This document shows positions 26,140 through 38,364 of a stretch of DNA of 64,000 nt, one piece after another. Numbering within the stretch: position 1 is the stretch's first letter; each line of letters opens with the position of its first letter. The notes under the pieces are model-generated. The model did not search any database. It saw only the letters and a list, made by a program, of their open reading frames with translations, and was not told the DNA's origin. This DNA is from an uncultured delta proteobacterium (lineage in GTDB: Bacteria; Myxococcota; UBA727; VGSZ01), in assembly GCA_963775425.1 (NCBI GenBank), contig CAVZJB010000013.1:128001-192000 (forward strand), written 5' to 3'. Position numbers and translations under genes: made by a program.

Positions 26140-28194
26140 CTAGAAGGGCTCCCCGTTGTATTTCGCGCCCCGGTCACCACCCGGGACAACAAGGACCGGT
26201 TCCTGCTGACGAGCCCACAACGCTCGCGCCGCAGAGCGGAGCTCCTCGTAGCGCTCCGGCGGAACGATACGTTCTTCGACGCGCATGGTCCGGTTCAGCC
26301 AGAAAGCGCCGTCTGCGACCGCCCATTGCTCCTCGACGTTCAGAATCGATCCCTGTTTGGTCAAAGAAGCCGGGAGGGATTGCACCCCTTTGCCGTCGGG
26401 CATCTTGACGGAGAGCTTCACACGATAGACGGCGCGGTGGTCGAGCACCACGGGAGCTTTGCGACCCTCACGCCAGAGGAAGGCGAAGGGGCGGCCCACG
26501 GCGCGCTCGGGGACGACGGCGAACGGTTTGTCGTCGAGCGGAGGGAGGGGCTTCACGCGGACCTGGAGCTTCATCGGCTCGTCGACGTCGGCCCCGCGCT
26601 TGCTGGCGACACGGAACGCCTCGAGGAATTGCAGGCCGGGCATGAGGTCGGGCGCGCCGGCGGTGTCCCCGAGGAGGAGGGGACGCAATCGGCCCGCGGG
26701 GTCGTCGCTGTCGAGGGCGGCGCGGGCGGCGGCGGCGTCGACGCCCTGGAGCGTGGCCTTGACGACGCCCGACAGCGTGCCGTCGTCCTGCATCTGCAAA
26801 GCGACCTCGACGGTGTTGACGTTGTCGTCGGGCTTGTCCTCGGGGAGATCGATGAGCTCGCCGCGGTCGGGGTGGACCAGGATGCCCTTTTGGCCCTGGA
26901 GCGCGCCGGGCAAGCGCCCCGTCGGGAGGCCCGGCGTCGACGGATCGATCCAGGCGTATTTGCCGCCGGCCGGGACCGCGATGACGACGTGGTTGAAGGG
27001 CGCGGGCGTCGCGAGGTCGGGGACGGAGGCGAAGGAGCCCTGGCGCGAGACGAGCACGGGGAAGCCGTCGAGCCCGAGCTGTCGCAACAACGCGAGGCCG
27101 AGGCTCGCCTGGTCCTTGGCGTCGCCGACCTTGTTCTTCAAGACGTCGCCGGGCGTGTGCGCCGGCAGCGCCGCGAGGTTCAAGAACGTCGGCACGTCTT
27201 CGATCTCGTCCTGGAGGTAGCGCTGCACCGCGCGCAGCTTGGCGCTCTTGCCGCCCTTGTTCATCGAGCGCGCGACGAGCTCGGTGCTCTTGTCGGGCTG
27301 GTCCTTGCCCTGGACGAGCTCGCGGTACCAGGCGGCGACGTCGTCGACGGTGGAGAAGCCCTTGCCCTCGTGGCCGCGGTCGGGCTGGTAGTGCAGGAGC
27401 TGCACGTGGACCTGCGTGGCGAGCGCGCTCGGAGCGGGCGCCTGGCCTTCGGGGAAGAGGGCGGGCTCGCGGTTGAAGATGAAGACCCAGCGCGTGCCGG
27501 GGAGGCCCTCGCCGTTTTTGGGCGGCGGCTCGGTCACGGCCTTCACGCGCGTGGGGATCTGCGTGGGCTTGATCTTGTTGTCGACGCGGCCCTCCTTGGT
27601 GACGCGGAAGGCGACGTCGAAGCCCTTGGGCGCGTTGACGACGACCTCGCCGCGAACGAAGGGGAGGTCGCCGCCGACGGGGACGGGCTCGAGCCAGCGC
27701 GGGTCGCGGACGAGGCGGAGCACCACGGTCTCGATGACGTCGCCGACGCCGGCGCCGTGGACCTTGGTGACCTTGTAGCCGTGGCCCTCGTACAGACGCG
27801 CGGCGGGGCTGTTTTGCGGGAAGCGGTTGACGTCGAGGAACGCGTCGGGGTTGGTCTCCTCGACGGAGCCGTCCTTGTGGATGACGCGGCTGCGGATGGA
27901 GATGATGCGCGAGCGATCGTCGAAGGGCACGAGCACGCGCGCCTGCGCGAGGCCCTTGTCGGTGACGATCTGCGTGCGCCGCGTGCTGACCACTTCGGCG
28001 ATCACGCGGTCCTTGCCGGCGGGCGGGTAGTAGCTGACCTCGGTGCGGTCGAGGAGGATGACGGCGGGGGCGTCGGGGAAGTCGCCGGCGTCGACGCGCT
28101 CGCTCGTCGAGAACTTCTCGACGGGCGGACGCGGGTGCGAGGCGCACCCGGCGAAGACGGCGAACACGGCGGCGAAGCGGAGCGACCGGAGCAT
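26140..28194 (-). CDS. DUF3857/transglutaminase-like lipoprotein (catalytic Cys replaced)
   Basis: Lipobox FAGC; PAVILLD, VGDVIE, GDAKDQA (cf. GDCKD), FNHVV, WIDPS. Confidence 0.85.
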   Translation of the reverse strand: MLRSLRFAAVFAVFAGCASHPRPPVEKFSTSERVDAGDFPDAPAVILLDRTEVSYYPPAGKDRVIAEVVSTRRTQIVTDKGLAQARVLVPFDDRSRIISIRSRVIHKDGSVEETNPDAFLDVNRFPQNSPAARLYEGHGYKVTKVHGAGVGDVIETVVLRLVRDPRWLEPVPVGGDLPFVRGEVVVNAPKGFDVAFRVTKEGRVDNKIKPTQIPTRVKAVTEPPPKNGEGLPGTRWVFIFNREPALFPEGQAPAPSALATQVHVQLLHYQPDRGHEGKGFSTVDDVAAWYRELVQGKDQPDKSTELVARSMNKGGKSAKLRAVQRYLQDEIEDVPTFLNLAALPAHTPGDVLKNKVGDAKDQASLGLALLRQLGLDGFPVLVSRQGSFASVPDLATPAPFNHVVIAVPAGGKYAWIDPSTPGLPTGRLPGALQGQKGILVHPDRGELIDLPEDKPDDNVNTVEVALQMQDDGTLSGVVKATLQGVDAAAARAALDSDDPAGRLRPLLLGDTAGAPDLMPGLQFLEAFRVASKRGADVDEPMKLQVRVKPLPPLDDKPFAVVPERAVGRPFAFLWREGRKAPVVLDHRAVYRVKLSVKMPDGKGVQSLPASLTKQGSILNVEEQWAVADGAFWLNRTMRVEERIVPPERYEELRSAARALWARQQEPVLVVPGGDRGAKYNGEPF

Positions 28195-28237
28195 CAACCG
28201 CGACCCTACGCCACCCGGCGCGACGGGCGCGAGCGGC

Positions 28238-28573
28238 TCACGGCGGGTCGATGACGTCGCCGTCGCCGTCGCAGGCGGAGACGACGTCGTCACGCGTCTT
28301 GGGCGCGTAGTACCAGTCGGTGATGTCGCCGGAGAGCGCGCAGCCCGCGACGATGCCGTCGGTGGGGCAGCCGCCGTCGACGGCCTTGCCGCTGAGCGCC
28401 TGGCAGGCGGCGTCGAAGCCGACGGACTGGATGTTGCGCCGCTCCTGGCAGCGGTCCTCGGGGTTGTCCTTCTGCCGGAAGTCGCAGCCGACGGCGCCGC
28501 CGCATCCCGCGGCGGTGACGACGACGACGACGACGGCGGCGGCACACATCAGACGAATCATGGCCCGCATCAT
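28238..28573 (-). CDS. Small Cys-rich lipoprotein
   Basis: Hydrophobic signal with AAGC; CDFR, CQE, CPTDGIVAGC, WYY. Confidence 0.65.
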   Translation of the reverse strand: MMRAMIRLMCAAAVVVVVVTAAGCGGAVGCDFRQKDNPEDRCQERRNIQSVGFDAACQALSGKAVDGGCPTDGIVAGCALSGDITDWYYAPKTRDDVVSACDGDGDVIDPP

Positions 28574-28633
28574 CTCCGCGCGCCGGCGGCGACGGCAACG
28601 CGCGCGGCGTGCCTGTCTCGTTCCGAGCGACGC

Positions 28634-29837
28634 TCAGAGGCACTCGTCCACGCCGTCGGTGATGTCGGCGACGCACAGCGCGCCGCCGGCGTCGACGTGG
28701 ACCATGGCGAGGGAGCGCCAGGCGTCGGAGACGGTGAGGTCGGCGTGGATGACGGGGCCGAAGGGATCCCCATGGGAGAGCACGGTGAGCGTGAGCGGCG
28801 CCGTGCCCGCGCCGTCGTAATAGACGGCGCCGACGAGGATGGTGCCCCGGGGTGAGCTCGTTGACGGCGATGATCTCGGGGTCGCCGGGCGCGCCGCCGT
28901 CGATGCGCAGCGGATCGCCCGACGACGACGTGCTGCCGTCGCCGTCCCAGTCGGGGCGCTGGAACGCGCAGCCCACGTTTCCGCATTCGAGCTCCGTCTG
29001 GCAGCTCGTGGCCGGCGGCGTGAGGGTGCGCGGGCGCGCGCGGGGGTCTTTCTCCAGGAGCCGCAGCACCAGAGCGTCGAGCGCCGGTGAGATCCCGTGC
29101 AGCGGCGCCGCCGCCCGCGGCGACGGCGGCGGCTCGCTCGCGTGCCGCATGATGAGCTCGAGCGCCGTCGACGCCGAAAACGGCGGCTTGCCCACGAGGG
29201 CCTCGAAGAGGATCACGCCGAGCGCGTAGAGATCGAGCCGCGGGTCGTCGCTCACGCCGTACAGCGCCAGCTCCGGCGAGATGTAGCCCGGCGTCCCCAC
29301 CGCCACCCCCGTCTGCGTCAGCGACACGTCGTCGACGACCTTGGCGACGCCGAAGTCGAGGATCTTCGCGAGCGGCGGACGCCCCGCAGCCTCGACCACC
29401 ATGATGTTGTCGGGCTTCAGGTCGCGGTGCACCACGCCCGCTTCGTGCGCCACGCTCAACCCGCATGCCACGTCGCGCGCGAGCCGCACCGCCGCCGCCG
29501 GCGCCAGCACGCCCTGCCGGCGCAAGAGCGCGCGCAGGCTCTCCCCGGGGAGCAGCTCCATCGCCAGGTACAACACGTCGTCCTCGGCGCCGAAGTCGAA
29601 GATGGTGACGACGTGGGGGTGCGTGAGCCGCGACAAGGCCGCCGCCTCCCGCTCGAAGCGCGCGGCGATCGAGCGCTCCCTCGCCAGCGCCGGCTTCATC
29701 ACCTTCAGCGCGACCTCGCGGCCGAGCGGCGCCTGCTCGGCGACATAGACCGCGCCCATCCCGCCTTCGCCGAGCTTGCGCGTCACGCGATAGCGCTTCC
29801 CGACGACGGCGCCGACGAGCGGGTCGCGCTCCTGCAT
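28634..29837 (-). CDS. Hanks-type Ser/Thr kinase joined to an extracellular-type domain fragment, frameshift near 28845
   Basis: LGEGGMGAVY, VALKVM, HRDLKPDN, DFGVAK, GTPGYISPE; then PDWDGDG..DPLRID..PEIIAV and a second-frame tail ending DGVDECL*. Confidence 0.8.
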
Positions 29838-29906
29838 GGGACCGGGCGCGCCGCAAAGTGTCCGCCCGTTGAACGCCACCCGTCGTTGCGGGACAATGCA
29901 TCCGGG

Positions 29907-31748
29907 GTGTTCTTCGAGACGCGCGTCGACCCACCGTCGACGTCACCGGAATTTCAGGCGAGCGCCGAGGCGCTCCTCGCGGGTCGCGTGCGCGACGCGC
30001 GCACGCAGGCGCCCGCGCGCGCGGTCGACGCTGGCGACGCGCTCCTCGCGGTCGACATCCTGCGCGCCGAGTGCCGCGAGCGCCGCGCCCGCGCCCTCGC
30101 CGTCGCCGCAGCCCGGAGGTTCCCCGGGCACGCGCTGCTCGCCCTCGAAGCCGCGCGGGCACGCGTCGCGCAGGGACAGCTCGCGCGCGCCGAGGCCGCG
30201 CTCGCCCCCGTCGCCCCCGGCGACATCGTCGTCGACGCGCGCGCCGGCGCGCTCCGCGCCGTCATCGCCGCCGCCGCCGGGCGCGACGACGACGCGCGCG
30301 CGGGCATCGCCAGGTTCGGCATCGTCGCCGACGCCGTCGTCGAGCACGACCTCGGCCGCGCCGCCGCCCTCCTCGGCGACCTCGCCGCCGCGGTCGCGCA
30401 CCTCGAGCGCGCGCGCGCCCTCGCGCCCCGCTTCTGCGGCGCCGCGCTCGCGCTGTGCGAGGTCTTCGTCGTCGAAGGCAAGCTCGACGACGCCGATCGC
30501 GTCCTCGCCGACTTCACCCGCCGCGGCGACGAGGACCTCCGCGTCGACGTCATGGGCGCCGCCATCGACACGCTGCGCGGCTCCGGCGCCCGCGCCGCCG
30601 CGAGGCTCGACGAGGCGCGCGCGCGTTGGCCGCGCGTCCCCGCGGGCGCCGCCGCGCTCGCGCCGCTCGACGCCGCCCTCGGGCGCGCCGCCGCGGCCGC
30701 GCGCTCCCGCGGCCGCGTCGACGACGCCGAGCGGCTCGACAGGTTCCGCGTGGCCCTCGGCCCTGACGACGCCCCGCGCGACGACACACCCTTCGTCGAC
30801 GACCACGACGTCACCGACGCCTCGGCGGACGCCGCCGCCGCGAGCGACACCGCGAGCGACACCGCGCCCACCCCCCGCGCCCCGCTCCAAAACGACGACG
30901 ACAGCGGCGACGAATTTCAGCTCACGGCGCAGCCCGCCGCGAGCGACACGGAGAAGATCGTCCGCCGCGACGCGAGCGACACCGAGAAGGTCCGGCGCCG
31001 CCAGGACAGCGACCGCGACGACCCCGTGTCCGCGGCGGCTGACTGGAGCAGGAGCCGCGCCGTGGCGCTGGCGTCGGCGGGGCCGCCGCCGTCGCCGTGG
31101 CCGATGCGGATCACGGCGGCCGTCGCGGCGGCGCTCGTGGTCGCGGTGGTCGTCTTCTTCGCCGCGCGCGAGGCGCCGCCGCCGCCCGAGGCCGCGGTCG
31201 CCGTCGACGACGCGGCCGCCGTCGCCGCCGCGCGAGCGCCGAAGCCGAAGCCGCGCGAAGATCCGGCGCCGCCCGCGACCTTCGCCGCCCGCGCCAGGAG
31301 CTGCAGGCTCACGGTTCCCGCCGTGCCCGTCGGCGGCCCCGTCGACGCGCTCCACCCCTCGCGTTGCACGCCCCTCACCGGGATGCTGTGGAGCGGGGAC
31401 ACGCGCGCCCAGGGCTGGCGGCGCTGCGCCGTCGACGGCGGCGACGCGCTCGTGCGCGCGGACGGCACGGTCGCGGGCGTCGTGCTCGACAAGCTGCGCG
31501 GCACCGTCGCCGACGTCGTGCCCTGGTCCCTCGAGCTCGGCGCCCTCCACCCCGCGAGCGAAGACACGCGCCGCGCGCGCGCCGTCGTCAGCGAGGCCGA
31601 GTGTCACGCCGTGACGCTGCTGGTCCACGCCACGTGCGCGCCGGGGCTCGTCCGCTTTCGCAGCGAAAAGGGCGTCAAGGTCGCGAGCCCCGCGATGCTG
31701 CCGAGCTGTCGCCCGACGTCCATCTACGTCGTGAACGGCTTTCTCTGA
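29907..31748 (+). CDS. TPR-like repeat protein with one TM helix and Cys-containing C-terminal domain
   Basis: Ala-rich helical repeats (HDLGRAAALLGDLAAAVAHLERARALAP), acidic linker, TM VAAALVVAVVVFF; start approximate. Confidence 0.6.
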   Translation: MFFETRVDPPSTSPEFQASAEALLAGRVRDARTQAPARAVDAGDALLAVDILRAECRERRARALAVAAARRFPGHALLALEAARARVAQGQLARAEAALAPVAPGDIVVDARAGALRAVIAAAAGRDDDARAGIARFGIVADAVVEHDLGRAAALLGDLAAAVAHLERARALAPRFCGAALALCEVFVVEGKLDDADRVLADFTRRGDEDLRVDVMGAAIDTLRGSGARAAARLDEARARWPRVPAGAAALAPLDAALGRAAAAARSRGRVDDAERLDRFRVALGPDDAPRDDTPFVDDHDVTDASADAAAASDTASDTAPTPRAPLQNDDDSGDEFQLTAQPAASDTEKIVRRDASDTEKVRRRQDSDRDDPVSAAADWSRSRAVALASAGPPPSPWPMRITAAVAAALVVAVVVFFAAREAPPPPEAAVAVDDAAAVAAARAPKPKPREDPAPPATFAARARSCRLTVPAVPVGGPVDALHPSRCTPLTGMLWSGDTRAQGWRRCAVDGGDALVRADGTVAGVVLDKLRGTVADVVPWSLELGALHPASEDTRRARAVVSEAECHAVTLLVHATCAPGLVRFRSEKGVKVASPAMLPSCRPTSIYVVNGFL

Positions 31749-31787
31749 CGGCGCCTGGAGGAGGCGCACCGTCGCCGCGGAGCTCGC

Positions 31788-32294
31788 TCAGCTCACCAGG
31801 CGGCGCACCGGGGTGTACGTGGCGGCCGCGAGGGCGACGGCGGCGGCGAAGGTGCCCACCGCCATGAGCGCGGTGTCGGGGCCGACGGCGAGGAAGCCGA
31901 AGTCGAGGCCGACGACGTGGCGCGCCAGCACGTGCAACGCGAGCTCCGTCTCGTCGGCGAGGCCGCCGGCGGGCGCGTGCCAGATCTGGGGATCGAGAAA
32001 GACCGCGCGGTGCACGGCGCTGCCGACGAGGGCGCACGCGAACGCGGCGCCGATCCAACGGGTGCGCGAGCGCAGCGCGGGGCGGCGCACGAGGAAGAAC
32101 AGCCAGCCCATCGCGAACGCGGGGACGGCGATGATGACCACCGCGCGCGGCGACAGCGGCGCGAAGCGCGCGTACGGATCCACCGCCCACGTCCACGCCG
32201 TCCCGAGCGCCGACCACACCGCGGCGACCACGGCGCCGGTGAGCGCGGCGCCGCACAGCTCGAGGATGGCGAGGAGGGGGTAACGCGTGCGCAT
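31788..32294 (-). CDS. Hypothetical membrane protein
   Basis: About four hydrophobic helices. Confidence 0.55.
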   Translation of the reverse strand: MRTRYPLLAILELCGAALTGAVVAAVWSALGTAWTWAVDPYARFAPLSPRAVVIIAVPAFAMGWLFFLVRRPALRSRTRWIGAAFACALVGSAVHRAVFLDPQIWHAPAGGLADETELALHVLARHVVGLDFGFLAVGPDTALMAVGTFAAAVALAAATYTPVRRLVS

Positions 32295-32389
32295 GAGGCG
32301 GCAACCGTCGAGGCGGCGAGGGGATTCCGCGCCGCACGCCCCGACGAGGCGGCCTTGCCGGCGGCGGCGCGACGGCGGAGAGTGCGCCG

Positions 32390-32839
32390 GTGATCGAGAC
32401 GCCGATCGGGCCCATGCGGGTGGTCGTCGACGGGGACGCCGTCGTCGAGATCGCGTTCGAGGCGGCGCGCGAGAGCCCCGAAGACGACGGCGCGCTCGTG
32501 CGCGAGGCCGAGCGGCAACTGCGGGCGTACTTCGAGGAGAGGTCCTTTCGCTTCGACCTGCCGCTCGCGCCGCCGGGGACGCCGTTTCAAAAGCGCGTCT
32601 GGGCGGCGCTGCTCGACATCCCCGCGGGCACCACCACGAGCTACGGCGCGCTGGCCGCCACGCTCGGATCCGGCCCCCGCGCGGTGGGGACGGCCAACGG
32701 CTCGAACCCCGTCGCCGTCGTCGTCCCCTGCCACCGCGTCATCGGCAAGGACGGGTCGCTGACCGGCTACGGCGGGGGCCTGCCGCGCAAGCGCTGGCTG
32801 TTGCACCACGAGGGCGCGCTCGGCTCCCTGGTGCCCTGA
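32390..32839 (+). CDS. ogt: Methylated-DNA-protein-cysteine methyltransferase
   Basis: GTPFQKRVW, PRAVGTANGSNP, PCHRVIG, LTGYGGGL. Confidence 0.95.
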   Translation: MIETPIGPMRVVVDGDAVVEIAFEAARESPEDDGALVREAERQLRAYFEERSFRFDLPLAPPGTPFQKRVWAALLDIPAGTTTSYGALAATLGSGPRAVGTANGSNPVAVVVPCHRVIGKDGSLTGYGGGLPRKRWLLHHEGALGSLVP

Positions 32840-32881
32840 CGCAGCGCGCGGCCCACACCGCGATCGGGGTAGCGTCGCGCC

Positions 32882-34630
32882 ATGCTCCTCGCGCTCGTTC
32901 TCGCGGCGGCCGCGCCGGCGGGGCTCCCCTCCACCATCGACATCCCCACGCGCACCCAGGCGGTGAACCTCTTCGGCGAGTACGCGCTCGACGGCGGGCT
33001 GCTCTACCACCGCAAGGGCGACAAGGCCCCGTGGGCGCTCGTGGACGGCGTCGGCCTGCCGAACCTCGACGGCAAGGTGCTGCCCCAGGTGAAGGGCAAG
33101 CTCACGCGCGTGTTCGCCGACGGAAACGTCGTCGCCGTCGTCGACGAGGACGACCAGGTCTTTCGCTTCGACATCAACTTGCACGTGCTCGACTTCGAGC
33201 CCACGCTGTACGCGTGGCGCACCGAGTGGGGCGGGCCCGGCATGCTCAAGCTCCGCAAGGACCTGCGATCGGTGAGCTACGGCCGCCGCAGCATCCTGAA
33301 CGTCGGCGTCGTCGAGGACCGCTTCGGACACCGCATGCTGGCGTCCAACCCGTCGTCGCTCATCAGCTTCTTCCATGAAAACGGCACGTCGGGCCTGATG
33401 CACTTCTACGGGCTGTCCCAAGACGGCCGGCGCTTGTTCTTCGCCGACAACGGCCTCACCGAGGTGTTCAACTACGAGTTCGATCTGCCCGCCGCGGAGG
33501 ACTTCAAGGGCGTGGCGGTGACGTCGAGCGCGTCGATGGTCGTCGTGCTCGACACCCTCGGGCGCTTCTGGGCCAAGTTCCTCGACTTCGACTGGGCCGG
33601 CAGCAACCCCATGATGTTCGAGTACTCCTACGTCGACGACGACGCGCCGCCCAAGGACGACGAGCTCGAGGGCTTCGGGCGCATCCACCTGCCGCTGCCC
33701 GACTGGCGGGAGCTGCCGGCGCTGTCGCCGCCGCCGGGCGCGTCGTGGTCGTCGGAGATGGGCATGGCCGTCACCGGCAACGGCAACGAGGCGCGCGAGC
33801 TGCGCGTGCGCGGCAAGGACGCGCACGGGGCGTGCGGCCTGTGGGTGCTCGACCTCGCCGGCCCGCAGCGCGCCGGCGCCTGGCGCTTCCGCGAGACGGG
33901 GATCTGCCCGGCGGCGCCGTTTGTCCCCGCCGAGCGCGAAGCGAAGGTGAAGCGCACAAAGACCCTCGCGGGGACGCTCGTGTTCGACGGCGCCCGGCTC
34001 CCCGCCACGCTCGAGCGCTACTCGCTCGTAGACTCGCCCGCGCGCCTCACGCTGCGCGATCCCCACACGGGCGAGGCGGTGTTTCGCGGCAAGCTCCACC
34101 TCGTCACGGCCTGGTCGCCAGCGCGCGTGCAGGACCCCGGGCGCGACGGGCGCTACAAGATGTTCTACGCCACCGTCGAGGCGGATGAGGGCTTCGCCGA
34201 CAGCGCCTTCGCCCGCGCCTACAACCTGCAGGCGTTCGCGCTCACGGCGTACGGCGCACAGGACGAAGTGGTGCTCAAGCCGCTGCGCAAGGACGCGCTG
34301 ATGGGCAAGCTCGTCGACAAAAACGGCGGCTTCCCCGACGAGGTCGCCGCGTACATCTTCCACGCACCGCGCGGCGTGCGCGGCGCGTGCGACGACGTCC
34401 GCGCGCGCGTGGCCGAGGACCAACGGCAATTCCTCGAGGTCACCGCCGCCACCCCCGCGTTGAACCTCTTCGGCTTGGTGACGGGGACGCGCTTTTGGTA
34501 CTACCACGGCGTCTCCATGATCCCGCCGCTCGGCCGGATGATGGACTGGGGCACGCGCCTCTTCTACGACCGCTACCGCCTCTCGCAGCTCGAGATGTCT
34601 CTCGTCGACCGGCACTGCGCCGCCGAGTAG
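32882..34630 (+). CDS. Secreted hypothetical beta-rich protein
   Basis: Short signal peptide; aromatic-rich beta segments; strong GC3 bias. Confidence 0.7.
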   Translation: MLLALVLAAAAPAGLPSTIDIPTRTQAVNLFGEYALDGGLLYHRKGDKAPWALVDGVGLPNLDGKVLPQVKGKLTRVFADGNVVAVVDEDDQVFRFDINLHVLDFEPTLYAWRTEWGGPGMLKLRKDLRSVSYGRRSILNVGVVEDRFGHRMLASNPSSLISFFHENGTSGLMHFYGLSQDGRRLFFADNGLTEVFNYEFDLPAAEDFKGVAVTSSASMVVVLDTLGRFWAKFLDFDWAGSNPMMFEYSYVDDDAPPKDDELEGFGRIHLPLPDWRELPALSPPPGASWSSEMGMAVTGNGNEARELRVRGKDAHGACGLWVLDLAGPQRAGAWRFRETGICPAAPFVPAEREAKVKRTKTLAGTLVFDGARLPATLERYSLVDSPARLTLRDPHTGEAVFRGKLHLVTAWSPARVQDPGRDGRYKMFYATVEADEGFADSAFARAYNLQAFALTAYGAQDEVVLKPLRKDALMGKLVDKNGGFPDEVAAYIFHAPRGVRGACDDVRARVAEDQRQFLEVTAATPALNLFGLVTGTRFWYYHGVSMIPPLGRMMDWGTRLFYDRYRLSQLEMSLVDRHCAAE

Positions 34631-34634
34631 CCGC

Positions 34635-35213
34635 TCAGCTCAAGATCACGGCGGCGCAAGCGGCGAGGACGACGGCGTCGACGGCGACGGCGGCCACGGC
34701 GTGGACGCGGGCGCGCGGAGACAGCTCGGCCCTCTTGCGCCAGACGCCGGCGAGGAGCGCGAGCGACCACAGGTGGCCGACGGGCGGCAGGAACACGAGC
34801 CCGATGACCGCCGCCTTCAGCGCGCGCAGCGCGGCGGCGTCCGGGCCCGCCGGGGCGAGCGCCGCGGCCTCGGCGCGCGCGCCGGCGTCGAGGTCCTGCG
34901 GCGGCGCGCTCGCCATGGCGGCGGCGTCGAGGTCCTCGAACGTCGACGGCGAAAACAGGATGGCGCGCGCGGCCTCGAGGTCGTTTTGGCAGACGACGAC
35001 CTTGGCGCCGCCGAGCGCCATGGACAGGTGCGTGGCGATGCCCACCGTGTTTCCGTCGACGATGCGCGCGGCGATGCCGTCGGTCTCGAGGCGGCCCCGG
35101 GCCATCTCGGCCTCGAGCACGGTGTCGAACGCCGCGACGATGGCCTCGTCCTCCGTCGACAGCGCCGCGGCCGTCGACATCGGCGCCGCCGAGGTGCGCG
35201 GGAGTGTCGCCAT
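34635..35213 (-). CDS. DUF2007-domain membrane protein
   Basis: EAEMARGRLETDGI..GGAKVVV..DLEAARAIL plus C-terminal TM helices. Confidence 0.75.
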   Translation of the reverse strand: MATLPRTSAAPMSTAAALSTEDEAIVAAFDTVLEAEMARGRLETDGIAARIVDGNTVGIATHLSMALGGAKVVVCQNDLEAARAILFSPSTFEDLDAAAMASAPPQDLDAGARAEAAALAPAGPDAAALRALKAAVIGLVFLPPVGHLWSLALLAGVWRKRAELSPRARVHAVAAVAVDAVVLAACAAVILS

Positions 35214-35222
35214 CCAGAAAGC

Positions 35223-36856
35223 CTAGCGTGCCCGGGCGCGGCCGGCATCGGGGGACACCGCGATCCGTCCCGGCCCGACGGCGCCCACCGCGGGCGCCCG
35301 CCGAGGCGCGGTGATGCGCGCGCGGATGGCCGCGAGGGGCGCGCGGTCGTCGAGGTGTGCGCCGCCGACGGCGTCGATGCTGACGCCGAGGTCGCGCAGG
35401 ACGGCGGCCGTCTCCGGAAAGGGCCGCGCGCGTTCGCGCTGCCAGACGGCGAGGAGCGCGCGCGCGGCGACGGCGGCCTCCGGGTCCGCGCCGGCGGCGG
35501 CGGCGTCGAGCAGCTCCTTGGCGCCGCGCGCGTGATCGTCGACCGTGACCATGCCGCGGAGCGCGCGCACGAGGTCGTCGAGGGACGCGCCTTGTCTGCG
35601 CGCCTCCACCTCGGCGAGGAGCATGACGCCCGCGCCGCCCCAGTAGGCGTGCTGATACGCGCCCATCTCGTGCATGCCCGCGGACGCGTCTTCGAGGCTC
35701 ATGCCGTCCACGGCGGCGCGCGCCTCTCCGGTGGCGAGCCCGCGGCACAGCTCGCGCCAGTAGGCGGCGTCGTCTTCGAGCATGCCGGCGCGCCGCGCGA
35801 GCAGGTCCTGGTAGAGCGTGGCGAGGCCCTCGTTGAGCCACGCGTCGCGCTGCGCGACGGGCGGCAGCAAGGGGTGGCTGAGCTCGTGGGTGAGCGCCCA
35901 GCGGCCGGTGGCGTCGAGGTCGTCGTCGGCGATGTCCGGGGCGCCCTCGCCGACGAAGAACGTGGCGGTGTCGCCGCCGCCCCGCGAGAAGAAGCCGACG
36001 ACGATGGGGCTCGTGACGTGCGTGGGGATGACGAGCACGTTCACGCGCGGCACCGGATAGTGCCCGAGCACCGACGACACCGCGTTCGCCGACAGCGACA
36101 GCCACGACGACAGCTCCTCGGGGGCGCGGCCGTCGTCGAGGCGGGCGATGGTGAAGCGGGCGCCGCCGGCGTCGAGGGTCTCGGTGGTGAAGCGGCCAAA
36201 GACGGTGTCGCTCTTGAGCGCGTACGTCGCCGGCGTGACCTCGTAGCGCGCGCCGCTCGCCGGCGGCTTCCAGGGCACGAGCGCGTCGAAGGGCGCGGCG
36301 TCGATCCTCACGTACAGGCGCGCGGACGGCTCGAGCGGCTCGGGGCGCCACAGCCACAGGTCGGGCGTGATGACGAGGTCGTCGCCGGCGCGCAGCGCGA
36401 GGTCGCGATCGTCGACGGAGTCGGCGAGGCGGCCGACGTCGACGACGAGCCGCGCGCAGCCCTCGACGCCCTGGGTGCGGACGCCGTCGACGTCGACGAC
36501 GAGCTTGCGGCCCGCGTCGTCGACGGCGGACACGAGGAACGGCAGCGCGCGCCGGCTCTCGGGCGTCAACCGGCGCGGCCAGGACGTGCGCGGGCAGTAG
36601 CGCAGCGACACGCCGCCGACGTTGCCGCTGTCGTCGGGGAGCACGCCGACGTCGACGTCGAGCAGCACGGGCGGCGCGGGGGCCGGCGCGGGCGCGGGCG
36701 CGGCGGTGGCGCAGCCGGCGGCGAGGGCGACGAGGGCGACGACGGCGGCGACGGCCGCGCGCCGGGGCGGGGGGTCGTCTTCGCGGAGCGCGCGCGGCAC
36801 AGAGGCGGCGCCGGCGGCACCCGGGGCGCCCGCGGCGCGGCGCCCGACGACGATGC

Positions 36857-36860
<4 letters not shown>
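35223..36860 (-). CDS. Gluzincin (M1/M61-like) metallopeptidase lipoprotein
   Basis: Lipobox AAGC; THELSH and WLNEGLATLY; AYWGGA; true start may be downstream. Confidence 0.8.
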
Positions 36861-38284
<1,424 letters not shown>

Positions 38285-38364
38285 GGCCCGGGTTTAGCCC
38301 GCTTGACGCCTTGGGCTCAAGAAAGCGCTACCATGGTGCCCGGATGAAGCGGCCGCTCTAGCCG

